DNA of 64,000 nt from Ylistrum balloti (GCF_031769215.1 NW_026782129.1:930001-994000); one strand, 5' to 3'; counted from the first letter of the stretch, positions 40,563 to 53,390 are shown. The notes: a model not told the origin generated them from the sequence alone. A program made the numbers and translations.

Positions 40563-42501
40563 AACATTCAACTGTAACGAAGCAGTCGAAACAGGAAAGG
40601 CAGCAACACCATATTTAAACAACAGACATATAAGACAACAAAATTAACCGGAAGTTTTGAGACAATCGAACAACTGGTTATCTAGCTCGCCGGACAGATG
40701 TGATACAATTCCTAATCAAAAGTTTCAATGAAGACAAACGTCTTGGTAGGTATTATTAAGGAGTCAGTAAAAAACAAAAAGTCTCAAATAACTTTCGTCA
40801 TTTTTAATAGTCTTCTGTAATTTACACTCAATTATGCATGTGTAAAGTCAGTGAGATACTTATTCCATGTAGTATCTCATTATTATTATGATACGATGTG
40901 TGTATGTAGTGAAGTTGACACAGGAACCACAGTCATGACTTATTCCTATATACAATTAAATATTCCTCTCATTGACGGAATCTTCATAACTCCACGCCAA
41001 GAGTCTCCAAAGTGACGTCATGACATAATGCCATATCATGACACTAAAGCGATCATACTGGATCCATCCATATCCAAATTATTGTAAGCGTATACAAGAG
41101 ACAAACATCGATTATGCAATTCGAGGGCAAATATTAGAAAATGGCATAGGCAGACACAACTAAACTGCATCTGTTCTGATATGCAAAGTGTTATATATTT
41201 GATATTAGAGGATATCTAATGGTTTATGTGAAATATCACATACATTCAAACATAAAAACAAGCGGTGTTTATAAAAGTTGGGGAAATATAACTGCGCTCT
41301 TTTGCGTCAATAGCTTGACATTACGCTTGACAACAAGATGTCGTTATTTTAAATAGGCTGTTTTACCTTTTTTCTACCAATTTATGATGTTGTTTGGTAA
41401 AAACTGCTTACAAAACTGTTTTTATATACCAAATTAGCGAAAATCAGAAACGGGAATCATTTGATGGAACTAACCTTGTTCAGCCAACGCTTCATTTGTG
41501 TCGGCGAATTTCAACGAAGTGATTAGAAAGCGATATTCTCGTTGATCAAAAGTACGAAAGTTATCAATCTCTTTCAGAGATGTCGTTCATTAATAGTAAA
41601 AATACACTTCTGTTAACGACTACCAACAGCTGACTTCGCGGTCAGGGTCAAAGTTTGAAATCGGGCAAAAATATGGTGGCATCCTGGATAACACCAACGA
41701 AGGAAACATTTGTTTTGTATGCCATCGATCAGCGTTAACGCCATTATCTTTCTGCGATAAATTTTACTACGTTTATAGCCATATTGATCAATGTAGTCAA
41801 TTTTTATTTAAACATATTTCATATTTTATGGAACAATTTCAAGTTTTTTCTATTAAGCTCTTTCACCACTTAACAAAGTACATAATGACAAGACAAAACA
41901 TGTTGAAAAAAAATTACACGGAGAGAGAGAGTGTGTGTGATTTGACGTATTTTTACATTGTCTTCCTTAGAGAAGTTATTTTTACCATATAGAAGTAACT
42001 TAAGGTCTACAACGATAAAATCCTTTGGTTCTCGGTAAAGAATTACTCTCCGATCCGCATAACTATTGAGAGTAACGTAATCATTTTTCAGGCTAACAAA
42101 TGTTTCTTTTCAAAATATCGACATAAATAACAAAATAGAGAAAACCAATTAAATAATTAGTTATTAGACACAAATACGTGTTTAAAGAATCTTAAAAAGG
42201 TGTGAGTTATTTACTGAGGTGATATGTAGGGTACCGCAATGCACTCTGGGAGAGATTCGAAAGTCATATCTTACTCACTGTAGTGATGATGTCAGTTATT
42301 ATCAAATCAAAAATATATATTACTGGCAAAAAATAATAAGCGAATCTGATGTCCCGAATTTTCATATCGAGCATCGGCATTTAACAATATATATATTTCC
42401 AATAATATGTGGCAATGAAAAGTTCATATTGAGGTATATCGCAAAAATTCATTCAGCAATGTCTCGTTTGAAACTGTTTCTGGAAAGCCTTCTGAAGACG
42501 T

Positions 42502-43829
42502 TTAAGCTTCCAACTTGAATGATTTTTCTGAACTCGTGGGCGTATGGCCACTTGCAGATAAAGGCGCGCGGTTGTGACGAACAAGGATTATAATCAGTTT
42601 CAAAATCAAGAACAACCCACTGATGCCTAATAGAATAAAAGATGTAATCGAGTTCCGGTACCGAAGGTCAAGGTCAAAATTTTTTGCCAACGAACCTGAT
42701 AGGGCTATGACGAGGACGATGTAAGGGCTGAACAGGTATCTTGTGTAGTTGTCAAGAAGGGTGATCTCTGTCAGGAACCACAAGATTACGAAAAATATCA
42801 GCATGCCGAGTGCAGTGGTACAGGCGATGTCATTGGCTACTCCTCCACTGTAGTGCATCACCATAGCAAGATTGAGATGGGTCGCAACAGTGACCCAAGT
42901 GGCATAAAATGCTATTCCGTTTTGAAGGAAAAAACGTATGAACCATGCTTCCTTACCCGCGCCATCCTTAATCAAGACACTGAGATTATTGTGTACTGCC
43001 CGGCAGGAAATGATAAGTATAACGAACAATGTCAATGCCATGATCGCGGCAGTCGGAAGAGAAATGTTTATGTACTTTCGGTCAAATAGCATCATCCAGG
43101 CAACGTTGAAACAAAGATTGAGAATGTAAGTAATATAGATTGTAGATGGCATGACCGGAAGTTGATAAATGTACACACCACTGTTTGACTTTCGACAGAT
43201 AGTAGAAAGTCCGTAAACAAGCCAGATAATTTGCCAAGTGTAGATAAAACCCCATATTGAGAATGTCCAACCAGCAGGAGTTATCTCCAGGTAGAAATAA
43301 TCCGATATGTTGGCAGTAGTGCTCTCGTAGAGACCTATATATGAACAAGAAAACGAAATATAAAAAAAAACTTCAAGTCATTATATATCTATATTCAACT
43401 CTTAAATAATCTCATTAAACATGCGATTTTTACCTAGAACATTTAAACGCGTGTTTAGCTGAGAATAGTACATCCGCAAGTGTTACGTGCAAATTACATA
43501 TCGATTTCGTTGAGCAATGCTCTTCAGATTCATGTTTTTCGTAACGATTTAACATTCTTATATAGGTGTGATACACTTTTAATAAGAATAGAAACTATCT
43601 GGTAGAAGCGAAACTAATACTTAATACTTAAACTGAAATTTGTTACCAACGGAAATCGTCCTATCACCTGGTACAATGACCTGATCGTCTACGGAATGAA
43701 CAACTTACCGATAGATATACCAATATCACCGACGGCCAGATAGTTGATGACAAAGGTCACAATAAAAAAGAAACACGTCAGCAGCATCAGCAGGATGCGG
43801 TAACTGCTGTGTTGGGGTTTGGAACTCAT
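42502..43829 (-). CDS. ~8-TM TspO/MBR-like membrane protein, paralogue D, 317 aa
   Basis: complement(join(42502..43334,43709..43829)), phase-1 intron GTAAGT...ATATAG. It begins MSSKPQHSSYRILLMLLTCFFFIVTFVINYLAVGDIGISIG|LYESTTANISDYFYLEITPAGWTFSIWGFIY. Confidence 0.92.
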
Positions 43830-45105
43830 CTTCGATATCTGAAAAAGAGTATTTTCTTGTGTTTTTTTATCATATGTAGACAAAGTGATCTGACATTCTA
43901 CCTGATAGAAAGTCAAGATACTAACCAGAATTTCCAATTCTTAAGTAACAACACCAACAACTATGCCGGTATTCTGGCAATGACTTACGGAATTCATAAT
44001 AATGATAATAATAACAGACAAGACATAGGTAAAAAAGGAGAAAATACATATTTCATTGCTGTCCTGCAAAGTCTAGATACAATCTCCCAGAATCCAGGAG
44101 TTTCCAAGTATTACCATAAATACAAGTCTGTAGTACTTAACGAACCTAGGTGTTTGTGTTTCTGTCTTTCTAGTTTTATTATATAAAAAATGTAGAAGTA
44201 AAATAGCTTACAATATGACTCAAGACAAAAATACAATAAATTACAAGTGCTTTTTATAACCTGTGTCTTATGCAATTAAATTACTTTGATATACAATATT
44301 TCAAATTATTATCGATGACTCAGTGACATACAGATCTTGGTAAATAATATTTTCTTTTTAATGTTGGTTGTCCGACTCTAGTAGGATAAAACCTGAAAAC
44401 AATTCATACCTTTTAAATAAACAAAACAAGCAATGTAAGTTTGATACGGGAAATCGATTAAGAGGATATGTATTATTATTGTGTCTAAGAAAAAAATTGT
44501 TCTTATCACGAGTTCTGCATGTACCTACATGCATGTGCAGTCAAAATTAATACGAGTGCAGCTTTGTTTCGGTAAAGCATACATACATGTATGCCATTTG
44601 CATCGAATTCTTAACACACTCATAATTATGAAGATTTATTTTGCCAATATTTTCCTGCTGAAGAAGATCTTCTTTCCATTGTTGATATGACCTATGTCAT
44701 GTATACTGTTTAGAGCGGACGTGATGAGATGTACAATCTTTGTATTAGGACTGGATGGATATAGATCACAGAAATAGTGTTGACTGTAAGCTGTATACGG
44801 TACATTTAGTCCAAAGAAGAATGAGAGGAAGCGGACACAAAAACAATTTTCGTATAAAACCTTTATCTCAATGGAACAATCAAATAGTTGGACGTAGTAT
44901 TGATATTCTGATATATAACAATGTTAGGTGTAGGCTAAGTATGGTTTCTCTATTGTGCGTGTTCATACGGAAGTTAAAGGGTACATATATATCGGTGGCA
45001 AATCAATTATCATGGTAGATTCTCATTTTAATACTGTGGGAAGAGATTGGAAATGTTTTTGTCCACTGTTTGCTGCAGTTTTATCCTTTTAACATTAGCC
45101 TTCTG

Positions 45106-45327
45106 AAAGCATTGGCCTGCTGAAAACACTGGCCTGCTGAAAACACTGGCCTACTGAAAACATTGGCCTGCTGAACACATAGGCCTCCTGAAAACATTGG
45201 CCTACTGAAAACACTGGCCTGCTGAACACATTGGCCTAATGAAAACATTGGCCTACTGAAAACACTGGCCTGCTGAACACATTGGCCTAATGAAAACATT
45301 GGCCTACTGAAAACATAGGCCTGCTGA
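45106..45327. repeat. ~17-bp tandem repeat, ~13 copies, with 51-bp higher-order periodicity
   Basis: Units of the form AAAACA(C/T)TGGCCT(G/A)CTG. The 17-aa repeat in ORF 45081..45458 reflects the 51-bp period. Confidence 0.93.
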
Positions 45328-45619
45328 AGGTTAACATGATAAAAAATTATCATTGATATTTTATCACACTGGTTGGAATATTTTGTACTGTGACCTATCA
45401 TTACCGATGAGCAGTAGTTTTTAACAGAACGAGAATTTGAAGAAATCGCCATGCACATTGTTTTGTCTTAAAAATCTCTCCCATCCTCACATATTAAACA
45501 TGTTGTTAATGTTAATAGGGATATATTATACTTACCTAAAACCTTCTTCTAATAACCGTGTGTCTGCACCCGTCCCCTACGGTACATTTGTGTTTAGTAC
45601 CCCAATACTCGCTAGCATA

Positions 45620-45637
45620 CACGTTTTCTGAAACGTG
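45620..45637. promoter_or_regulatory. Tandem E'-box element upstream of paralogue D
   Basis: ACACGTT TTCTGA AACGTGAC. It lies 84 bp from a candidate 5'UTR donor (exon end 45536, GTAAGT). Confidence 0.7.
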
Positions 45638-47171
45638 ACATCCTTTTTTAAATGATTTTTAACCACTGATCCTTGACAAAATATCTGGGCCGTCTACACG
45701 TGTATACAGCCTTTGCGTAACCATACGTAAGCGAAATAACGTGCCGTTGTGTAAGCCTGATGTTGTTTATTGGCAAACTACTGCAACTTTATACATAACT
45801 TACAATGTTAAAAGGGATGAGCATCTCCTTGTTACCATGAAGGTCTAACATACTGAGATCACCGCGTCAGGATAGAGAAACACGAACGATCCGATCTGGA
45901 GACGTTAGACACACCTGTAACTTGTATACACTAAGTATACGAACGCCTAGTCTCCATGTTAACAGCTAGGTAATGCTGGTTATTGTACAACGAACATTGT
46001 CTGGAAAACAGAAAAAAATGTGTATAGTTTTATTGAAGACAGAGAGTTTTTTTCTAGAATACCCGACATAAAAGCTACTTCAAATATGTACTAAAATATG
46101 AGATACACAGACGGTATCCATCATATACTAACACATATATTTCTCTGGTTCGTTTTGCCACCATGATAGTAAATCCAATCCATGGTGCAGATGATTCGAT
46201 ATCCAAAGATTTGATCCAAATATGACGACTTTGATGCAAGATGTCGGCAACTGACGGACAACTTCGTATCGAAAGGTTTCAAGAGAAGCAGGTTGATAAA
46301 AATGATGGAGATTTGTTACGGTCGTCTTAATAGCCTCACTCAGAATTAAGAGGTGCAGTTTATATTGTTGTGGATATGAAGTTGGGCGTGGTTGGTGCCC
46401 GTTAGTATACCTGTGTTTTTGCTACATCTCTGTTGACATTACTTACACGTACTTGGATTGACTAAGATTTACACAGCGGGTGTCGTCGACGAAGCAGAAA
46501 CCACAAACCCTTCCTTGATACTGTCCTAAAGTCAATGAATTTGAGTCTAAATTAGCATTCTGTTGACATGTCGGGGTTTTTTTGTCGCAAGTTACAAACA
46601 AGTAAATCTATGAATTAATGATACCATGTACTAGTTATCAGACACTCAAATATCGCAATCAAATTAAAATGATTAAATGCTCATCTATTAACACGAGGTT
46701 ATGCCTGCACATGTAAGACAAGTACTTACCATTACTAAACGTTATCATCCGTACTTACCAGTACTTGTCATCGAAACAGTTCTTATTAGCTCTTAGTAGA
46801 TATGATTTGGGAAAAAAATATCAGGAAAAGCACGGAGAAATCATCTTTATCTATCTTTAATATTCTGCAATCAATTCAACGTGTACAATTACAATATATT
46901 TGTTGTAATTTGGCTAAACAAATCCAACTAGATTTAATACGTCAATCAAATATATCTATTCAATGTTTCTAGAATAATATTTTGTACATATTCAAAATTA
47001 TAATTAAGTTATAAACCGTCAATTGCTTTCATACATAAAATATGACGAACATGAATATTAATGTTATTAAGCAGCAAAAGAAAGGATGATTAGCAAAACT
47101 GTAACTAGATTAACTGTGCATTCTACCTCGATGCTCTTCCGAATCGATAATCTGGCGGATAAACGAATGTT

Positions 47172-47835
47172 GATGCAGAGAGAAAGAGACAGGTTTAGCC
47201 GGATGGGTCACTATAAAGGAAAGCGTCCCACAAAAGCATTACTAAACGTTATCATCCGTTACTACAACAATTACGATGCAGACAGAAAGAGACAAGTTAA
47301 GCCGGATGGGTCACTATAAAGGAAAGCGTCCCACAAAAGCTACAACAATTACGATGCAGAGAGAAAGAGACATGTTTAGCCGGATGGGTCACTATAAAGG
47401 AAAACGTCCCACAAAAGCATTACTAATCGTTATCATCCGTTACTACGGCAATTACGATGCAGAGAGAAAGAGACAGGTTTAACCGGCTGGGTCACTATAA
47501 AGGAAAGCGTCCAACAAAAGCATTACTAATCGTTATCATCCGTTACTACGGCAATTACGATGCAGAGAGAAAGAGACATGTTTAGCCGGATGGGTCACTA
47601 TAAAGGAAAACGTCCCACAAAAGCATTACTAATCGTTATCATCCGTTACTACGGCAATTACGATGCAGAGAGAAAGAGACAGGTTTAACCGGATGGGTCA
47701 CTATAAAGGAAAGCGTCCCACAAAAGCATTACTAATCGTTATCATCCGTTACTACGGCAATTACGATGCAGAGAGAAAGAGACAGGTTTAACCGGCTGGG
47801 TCACTATAGAGGAAAGCGTCCGTTACTACGACAAT
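47172..47835. repeat. 103-bp minisatellite, ~7 copies
   Basis: Units start at 47172, 47275, 47353 (the second unit carries a 25-bp deletion), 47456, 47559, 47662 and 47765. Confidence 0.97.
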
Positions 47836-48191
47836 ACTAAAAGTCGGTGCTTAACGTCCTACATAGTTATGTAAAGGCATCTCTTAAAAAGAATCAGCAT
47901 TGAAGTTGTTTTTGATATTATAAGTAGTTATAATCTCTGTGTATATATATCGTCCATCATTATGTTCTATAAACTACCCGTACAGAGAAAGTTATGGCTA
48001 GATCTCACTTAGAGCAAGATATAAACAAATTAGCCAGAAACTGTATTATGCCGAATAGTATAGTATCCGCAAACATCACCAATTCACATATATGATATTA
48101 TGAACTGCCTTCACTTGAATATTGGCCTCAATACATGGTGTTAGTGTGGTTTCCCAATAGTTTTAGGTTGAAAAGGGTTTTAAGAAGCCGT

Positions 48192-49579
48192 TTATGCATT
48201 CGACTTCATGACCTTTTCGGTTGAAGTGGGTTTGTAGACAGTTGGAGACAAAGGTTTACGGTTGTGACGAATGAGAATAATGATGAGTTTCAAGACAACG
48301 AAAAATCCAGATATACCTAAAAGAATTACTGCGAGGATCGAGTTCCGATACCGAAGGTCAAGGTCGAAGTTTTTCGTAATCGACCCTGTAAGGGCTATTA
48401 CGAGGACAATGTAGGGACTGAATATGTATCTGGTGTAGTTGTCCAGTAGGATGTTCTCCGTCATGAACCACAAAATCACGAAAAATGTCAACATGCTGAG
48501 TGCAGTGGTAGACGCGATGTCGTTAGCTACTCCTCCGCTGTAACACATAACTATGGCAAGGTTAAGATGAGTCGCAACAGTGACCCAAGTGGCATAAAAT
48601 GCTATTCCGTTCTGAAGGAAAAAGCGTATGAACCATGCTTCCTTACCCGCGCCATCTTTAATCAAGACACTGAGGTTATTGCGTACTGCCCGACAGGAAA
48701 TGATAAGTATAACGTACAATGTCAATGCCATGAGCGCGGCATCTGGAAGAGAAATGTTTACGTACTTCCGGTCAAATAGTATTATCCAGGCAATGTTAAA
48801 TCCAAGATTGAGAATGTAAGTGATATAGATTGTAGGAGGCATGACCGGAAGTTGATAGATGTAAATCCCGCTTTCTGTTTTCCGGCAGATGGTAGAAAGT
48901 CCGTATACGAGCCATAGTATTTGCCATGCGTAGATGAAAGCCCATATCGTGAATGTCCAACCAGCAGGAGTTATCTCCAGGTAGAAGTAATCAGACACGT
49001 TACCAGTATTGCTCTCGTAGATACCTGTAACATATCAGGGAACAAGGATCGTGTATGCCATTTACTATAATTTTCAAATCATATGCCGAACTGTAAAGTA
49101 ATCAAAAGTAAGGAAACGTATGTTTGAGAAATCTTACCTTGTTTGGAAAAGCAATAACTGTCTTAGAGTAGTGGGGGGTTGGGGGGGGGGGTTCTCGGTC
49201 AAAATTAGGTAAAGGTGGTTCTCCTCTTTGTATGCTACACGTCATGGAAAGGTCCATATACGCATGTATCAGGTTCTCGAGTCCCTGTGTACGAGATCTT
49301 GTATCAGGTTCTCGAGACCCTGTGTCCGAGATCTTGTATCAGGTTCTCGAGTCCCTGTGTACGAGGTATTCTTGTCGGATGTTTTGGTTTTGCAACAATT
49401 GTTGTCAATATCACAGATAACTACTTTTCTACTTTTATATTCCTCATTAATGTGATTATATCTGACTTACCAAGAGATTGCCCGGCCTCAGCTGATGCCA
49501 GGTAATTAAAGAAAAGTGTCACACCTAACACAAGGCATGTCAACAGGATTAGTGAGACACGGTAGCAGCTGTGTGCCAT
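48192..49579 (-). CDS. ~8-TM TspO/MBR-like membrane protein, paralogue E, 313 aa
   Basis: complement(join(48192..49024,49471..49579)), phase-1 intron GTAAGT...TTACAG. It begins MAHSCYRVSLILLTCLVLGVTLFFNYLASAEAGQSLG|IYESNTGNVSDYFYLEITPAGWTFTIW. Confidence 0.92.
49266..49366. repeat. 35-bp tandem repeat, 3 copies, in the intron of paralogue E
   Basis: GTATCAGGTTCTCGAGTCCCTGTGTACGAGATCTT at 49266, 49301 and 49336. Confidence 0.95.
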
Positions 49580-50337
49580 TTTGGATATCTAAAAATATGA
49601 GAAACACAGAATGAGACACAGTGTATGTATGTATATTTCTATAACAGCATCTACCAACTTTTTATAATTTCGGATTAATTAAAAAAAAAATCGTGACTGT
49701 ATTCAAAACCGAAGTCTAGATATTAAACCTTTAAAGCTTTATTTTCAAACATTGTGCTGTATCATAGAAATAAGTTATAAAAACAAAATCACAAAAAAAA
49801 CTTTAACCAAAACCAATAATTTGAAAATATTTTCCCCGTTTACATACATCATAATGATTCGAGTATACGCCTTAAATTATTCAAAATAAATGACAAGATC
49901 AAGAAGATAAATCGTAAGTTTTATATGCTATTTTTTAAATAGATTCAGATAAATAGAATTAATTCGAAATCAATATTTTGTAAGTTCAGATAAAAGATTT
50001 TGGCTGGTAAAATGCTCTGCATTTTCGTTTGTTAATTTTACATTATACAAGTACCTGCCAATAATGAGTCTACTGGACGAAGTTAATGACTAGTCGTGTA
50101 CATCCTATACATATCAAAATTGTTACAGGTAGGATTTATTTAATCTACAAGATTATATTATTTAACAACGCCAGATTTCTAAATAAAAAAATGATTTGAT
50201 TTAGCGCCTGTTCAAGAGTAAAGATTAGAATTTCAAACATTCATTCAGTTCAGTTTCACCTTATGTCCTACTCAAATCGGTCATACCCCTATCCCACCTC
50301 CAGGTACATGTTCTAAGCCTATTAACCTACTTACGGA

Positions 50338-50355
50338 CACGTTTCTTTAAACGTG
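50338..50355. promoter_or_regulatory. Tandem E'-box element upstream of paralogue E
   Basis: ACACGTT TCTTTA AACGTGAC. It lies 78 bp from a weaker candidate donor (exon end 50260). Confidence 0.7.
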
Positions 50356-50770
50356 ACCTGTACTTCTGCATGTTTCGTGGCTACTCTACTGTGACGAGAC
50401 AAGCAATTATCCTTGTGTGTCGTAACCACACTCATACGTGTGTTAGGGTGGGCTTTCTGTCTGAAATCTGAGGCTATAACCGGTGGGAAAGATATAAGCT
50501 TGATGAAATTTGAAATATCACCACAACTTCTACCATATACTACAACTGGTTACCTTACATGTATAACAATCAGAAAAAAAAACGAGCGATATGGACAATT
50601 GAAAGTGACATGTATGAGGATTGTCCAGCTCAGCACCATAACTATCACAATGTTGTTTTGTAAAGGAACCAGTAAGAACGCCTACCTGTATTATACGTCC
50701 CTGGCCTACCCAAGGCAACATAGTGTTGGGAGAGGTAAATATTATTTTGCCAGGGAATATGATGGACTCA

Positions 50771-50800
50771 AATAAATAAATAAATAAATAAATAAATAAA
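50771..50800. repeat. (TAAA)n microsatellite
   Basis: About 7 TAAA units are directly visible. Confidence 0.95.
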
Positions 50801-52357
50801 TTCGGCAAAGTATCCATCCATGCGGTTCCTGGGTACGTCGAGACATGTTGCTATTGATGGTGAAACATGAATTGGTAGACTGAGCGTCATGTGAACAGTA
50901 TTCCAAAAACTTTTATGCACAATTTTAAATGACATATCTAAAATCGGGGTAGAGAAAACGTAAGCGATATGCAGCCGTTAATCATGAAGAATGTTTACCT
51001 TGTTACTCTACATACAAATATGTAACCCATCATCTACGAGAAAAGTTCCATGTAACCGTTCTTTTCACCGACACCATTTACTCTAATTAGGTGACCACCG
51101 TCTTCCCAAGCCCGGATACATTAAAATAATTTTTAAATATCAAAAACATATTTCTGGAAAGTTTTCAGAATGATTTTCATCCCGAATGAAAATTACGACC
51201 AATCTGTTTCTCATTTGAAAACTTTAACTGTTCACATGAAATATGTACATCAGGCATATTTCTGGACACGGAGAATTTACCATATATTCACTATATATGT
51301 ATATATATATAATACGATCTACAATGTACGTACAATTTAGGGCTTGTTCAGCACACGACTGTGTTGGAATGAACAGTTACTTTGTGTAAGAATGTTTGTC
51401 AATACAGTTTGTACAATAGGTAGAAACGTACGCTTAACGACCCTGACCAGACGTACGTCACCGAGTTAATCAACTGGAAGTACTTATAACAGAGTACCAG
51501 TTTACAATCGATTTCTCTTCGACATTATTTACCTTTGTGTAAGTATCCTAATGTGATAAGATCGATAAACAACGATTGAATCAAAATGACCAAACTGGCA
51601 ACAACTATTACAATTAAAAACATAAGATATGTAGATATTATATACATGTATTTCTTGGAATAACAGAAATTGTACACTGAAACATCGGGTATAGAGCTGG
51701 CAGTTATTACGATCGCATAAGCGTTGTTACATATTGGAGTCAAAAGCAATTCATGAATGACATACATACCATCGGGTGCAGCGCCAACAATACACAAACA
51801 CATAAAAATTGAGGTTATCCGATTTTTTACCTGCTTCCTTCTCTGTATTGTAGAACAGGTGAAAACTCGACACGGTCACGTTGATGGTCAGGTCTACCAC
51901 TAAGCTGTACAAACACATGTAAATCTCGAGTGGTCGACCAAATCGATTCTCTTAAACAATGTTAAATGCCCACGGGTGTGTCTCGTGTGACCACAATTAT
52001 GCCATTAGGGTAGGTAACGTAACACGTGACCACGTTTGTGCTTGTTGGGGAGGTTACGTAACACGTGACCATGTTTATGTTTTTTGTGGAGGTTTCATAA
52101 CGTTTAGCATACCTTACTTTGTTTTCATAATGACTGGTTTATTTCAAAATGCAAATTAACCAGTATTTCCATTCATTTGTTTTCGTGAGAAAGACTCGGT
52201 ATAAGTTATATGAATATATAAAAGTTACCCCATTAAAAATATCGACACTTGTACGCCTCTAGTATAATTTTTCCTTACAAATTCAGTTTTACTTGTTTGT
52301 GATCATCTAGAGTTCAACCACATTCGATTGAACACCTAATTATCTTCCTTAGGTAAT

Positions 52358-52465
52358 CATGATTACATGACCATGAAAGGGATTGCGTAGCGAACTGCAC
52401 GTGGTACAAGTAACATGATTCCACAGTCTATTGCACACAGCCCCTTTCATGGTCGAGTAAACATG
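52358..52465. mobile_element. Very small MITE-like element (~108 bp)
   Basis: 24-bp imperfect terminal inverted repeats with a perfect 13-bp core GACCATGAAAGGG (52369-52381) / CCCTTTCATGGTC (52442-52454). Confidence 0.6.
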
Positions 52466-53390
52466 ACTGCACACGGAAGGTAATCAGGCGTGCATTAGTA
52501 GTTAATTTATTATCCCCACTTAAATTGTGAGAGGTGTGAAGTATGCAGTTATAGCACAACCTAACGTCATTTAGTCTATTATTATTACGTATGACGGCTT
52601 AATACATCGACCCTATATGCTGCTTCTCCAGTAGAGCGGAACCACTATTCCACTGATATCTAATGGTAATATTGTACGTTAGGTATTCAAGATATTAAAA
52701 ATCGCATGACTTTCAATACAACGAACAAGTCCGTAAGAGTATACATGAAAAAGAGACGTCCGTGACATGTAGTCTGAATGTATAAGTGATGTACCAATAT
52801 GTGTCCTATGTCGAATAGATAGCCACAAAGGAATTTAGTGATTAGGGGTCCTTATTTACCACGTCTCTTTAAAATACATATATATGTGTTCTAAAGATTG
52901 CGTTTTATTTTTCCCACTTTAGGAATTCATTATTACATGTGAGAAAAAAATATCAGTTGACAATCTATACGAGTAACCTCCCTTTACTTTAAATACTTGA
53001 ACCACACCTGGAAATATTTTTCTTTCGACTGGAATCTCCATATTGCGTATAAATCCTCTGGAGGTTTAATTATGAGGTGACCGTTGATGCCTTTTGTTTA
53101 TTTGTTCTTGTCTATCACATATTTTTAGGAATGGAATGGGGATTTGCTTCCAGTTTTCTACACATATGTATATTTGTTTACTTATGTTTAGTTTATCTAT
53201 GTACTTTGCAGCAACATATTGCTTCAGATCATACCATATACAACTATTAACAGGCCTTATAGATAATACTGTCGAGCTATACACTTTGTCAAAACGATGT
53301 CCGTATTGGTTATGTCACCAGGATAATTGTGCTTATCGCTATACAGGAATGCACGTGATTTGTTTTGTGTAAGTTATTGTATACAACAAA

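Noticed and set aside
38951-40567. Many overlapping 70-130 aa ORFs with 14-aa periodicity
   Set aside because: They are translations of the 42-bp minisatellite in several frames on both strands, with no gene structure.
43480-43530. Hammerhead-like words on the minus strand (CTGAAGAG...CGAAATCGATATG) in the intron of gene D
   Set aside because: Helix II does not pair beyond the closing base pair, position 17 would be G, and no helix I is evident.
50061-50095. TAATGAGTCTACTGGACGAAG hammerhead-like remnant
   Set aside because: Both core motifs are mutated, and the flanks do not align with the hammerhead repeat family at 2.7-14.5 kb.
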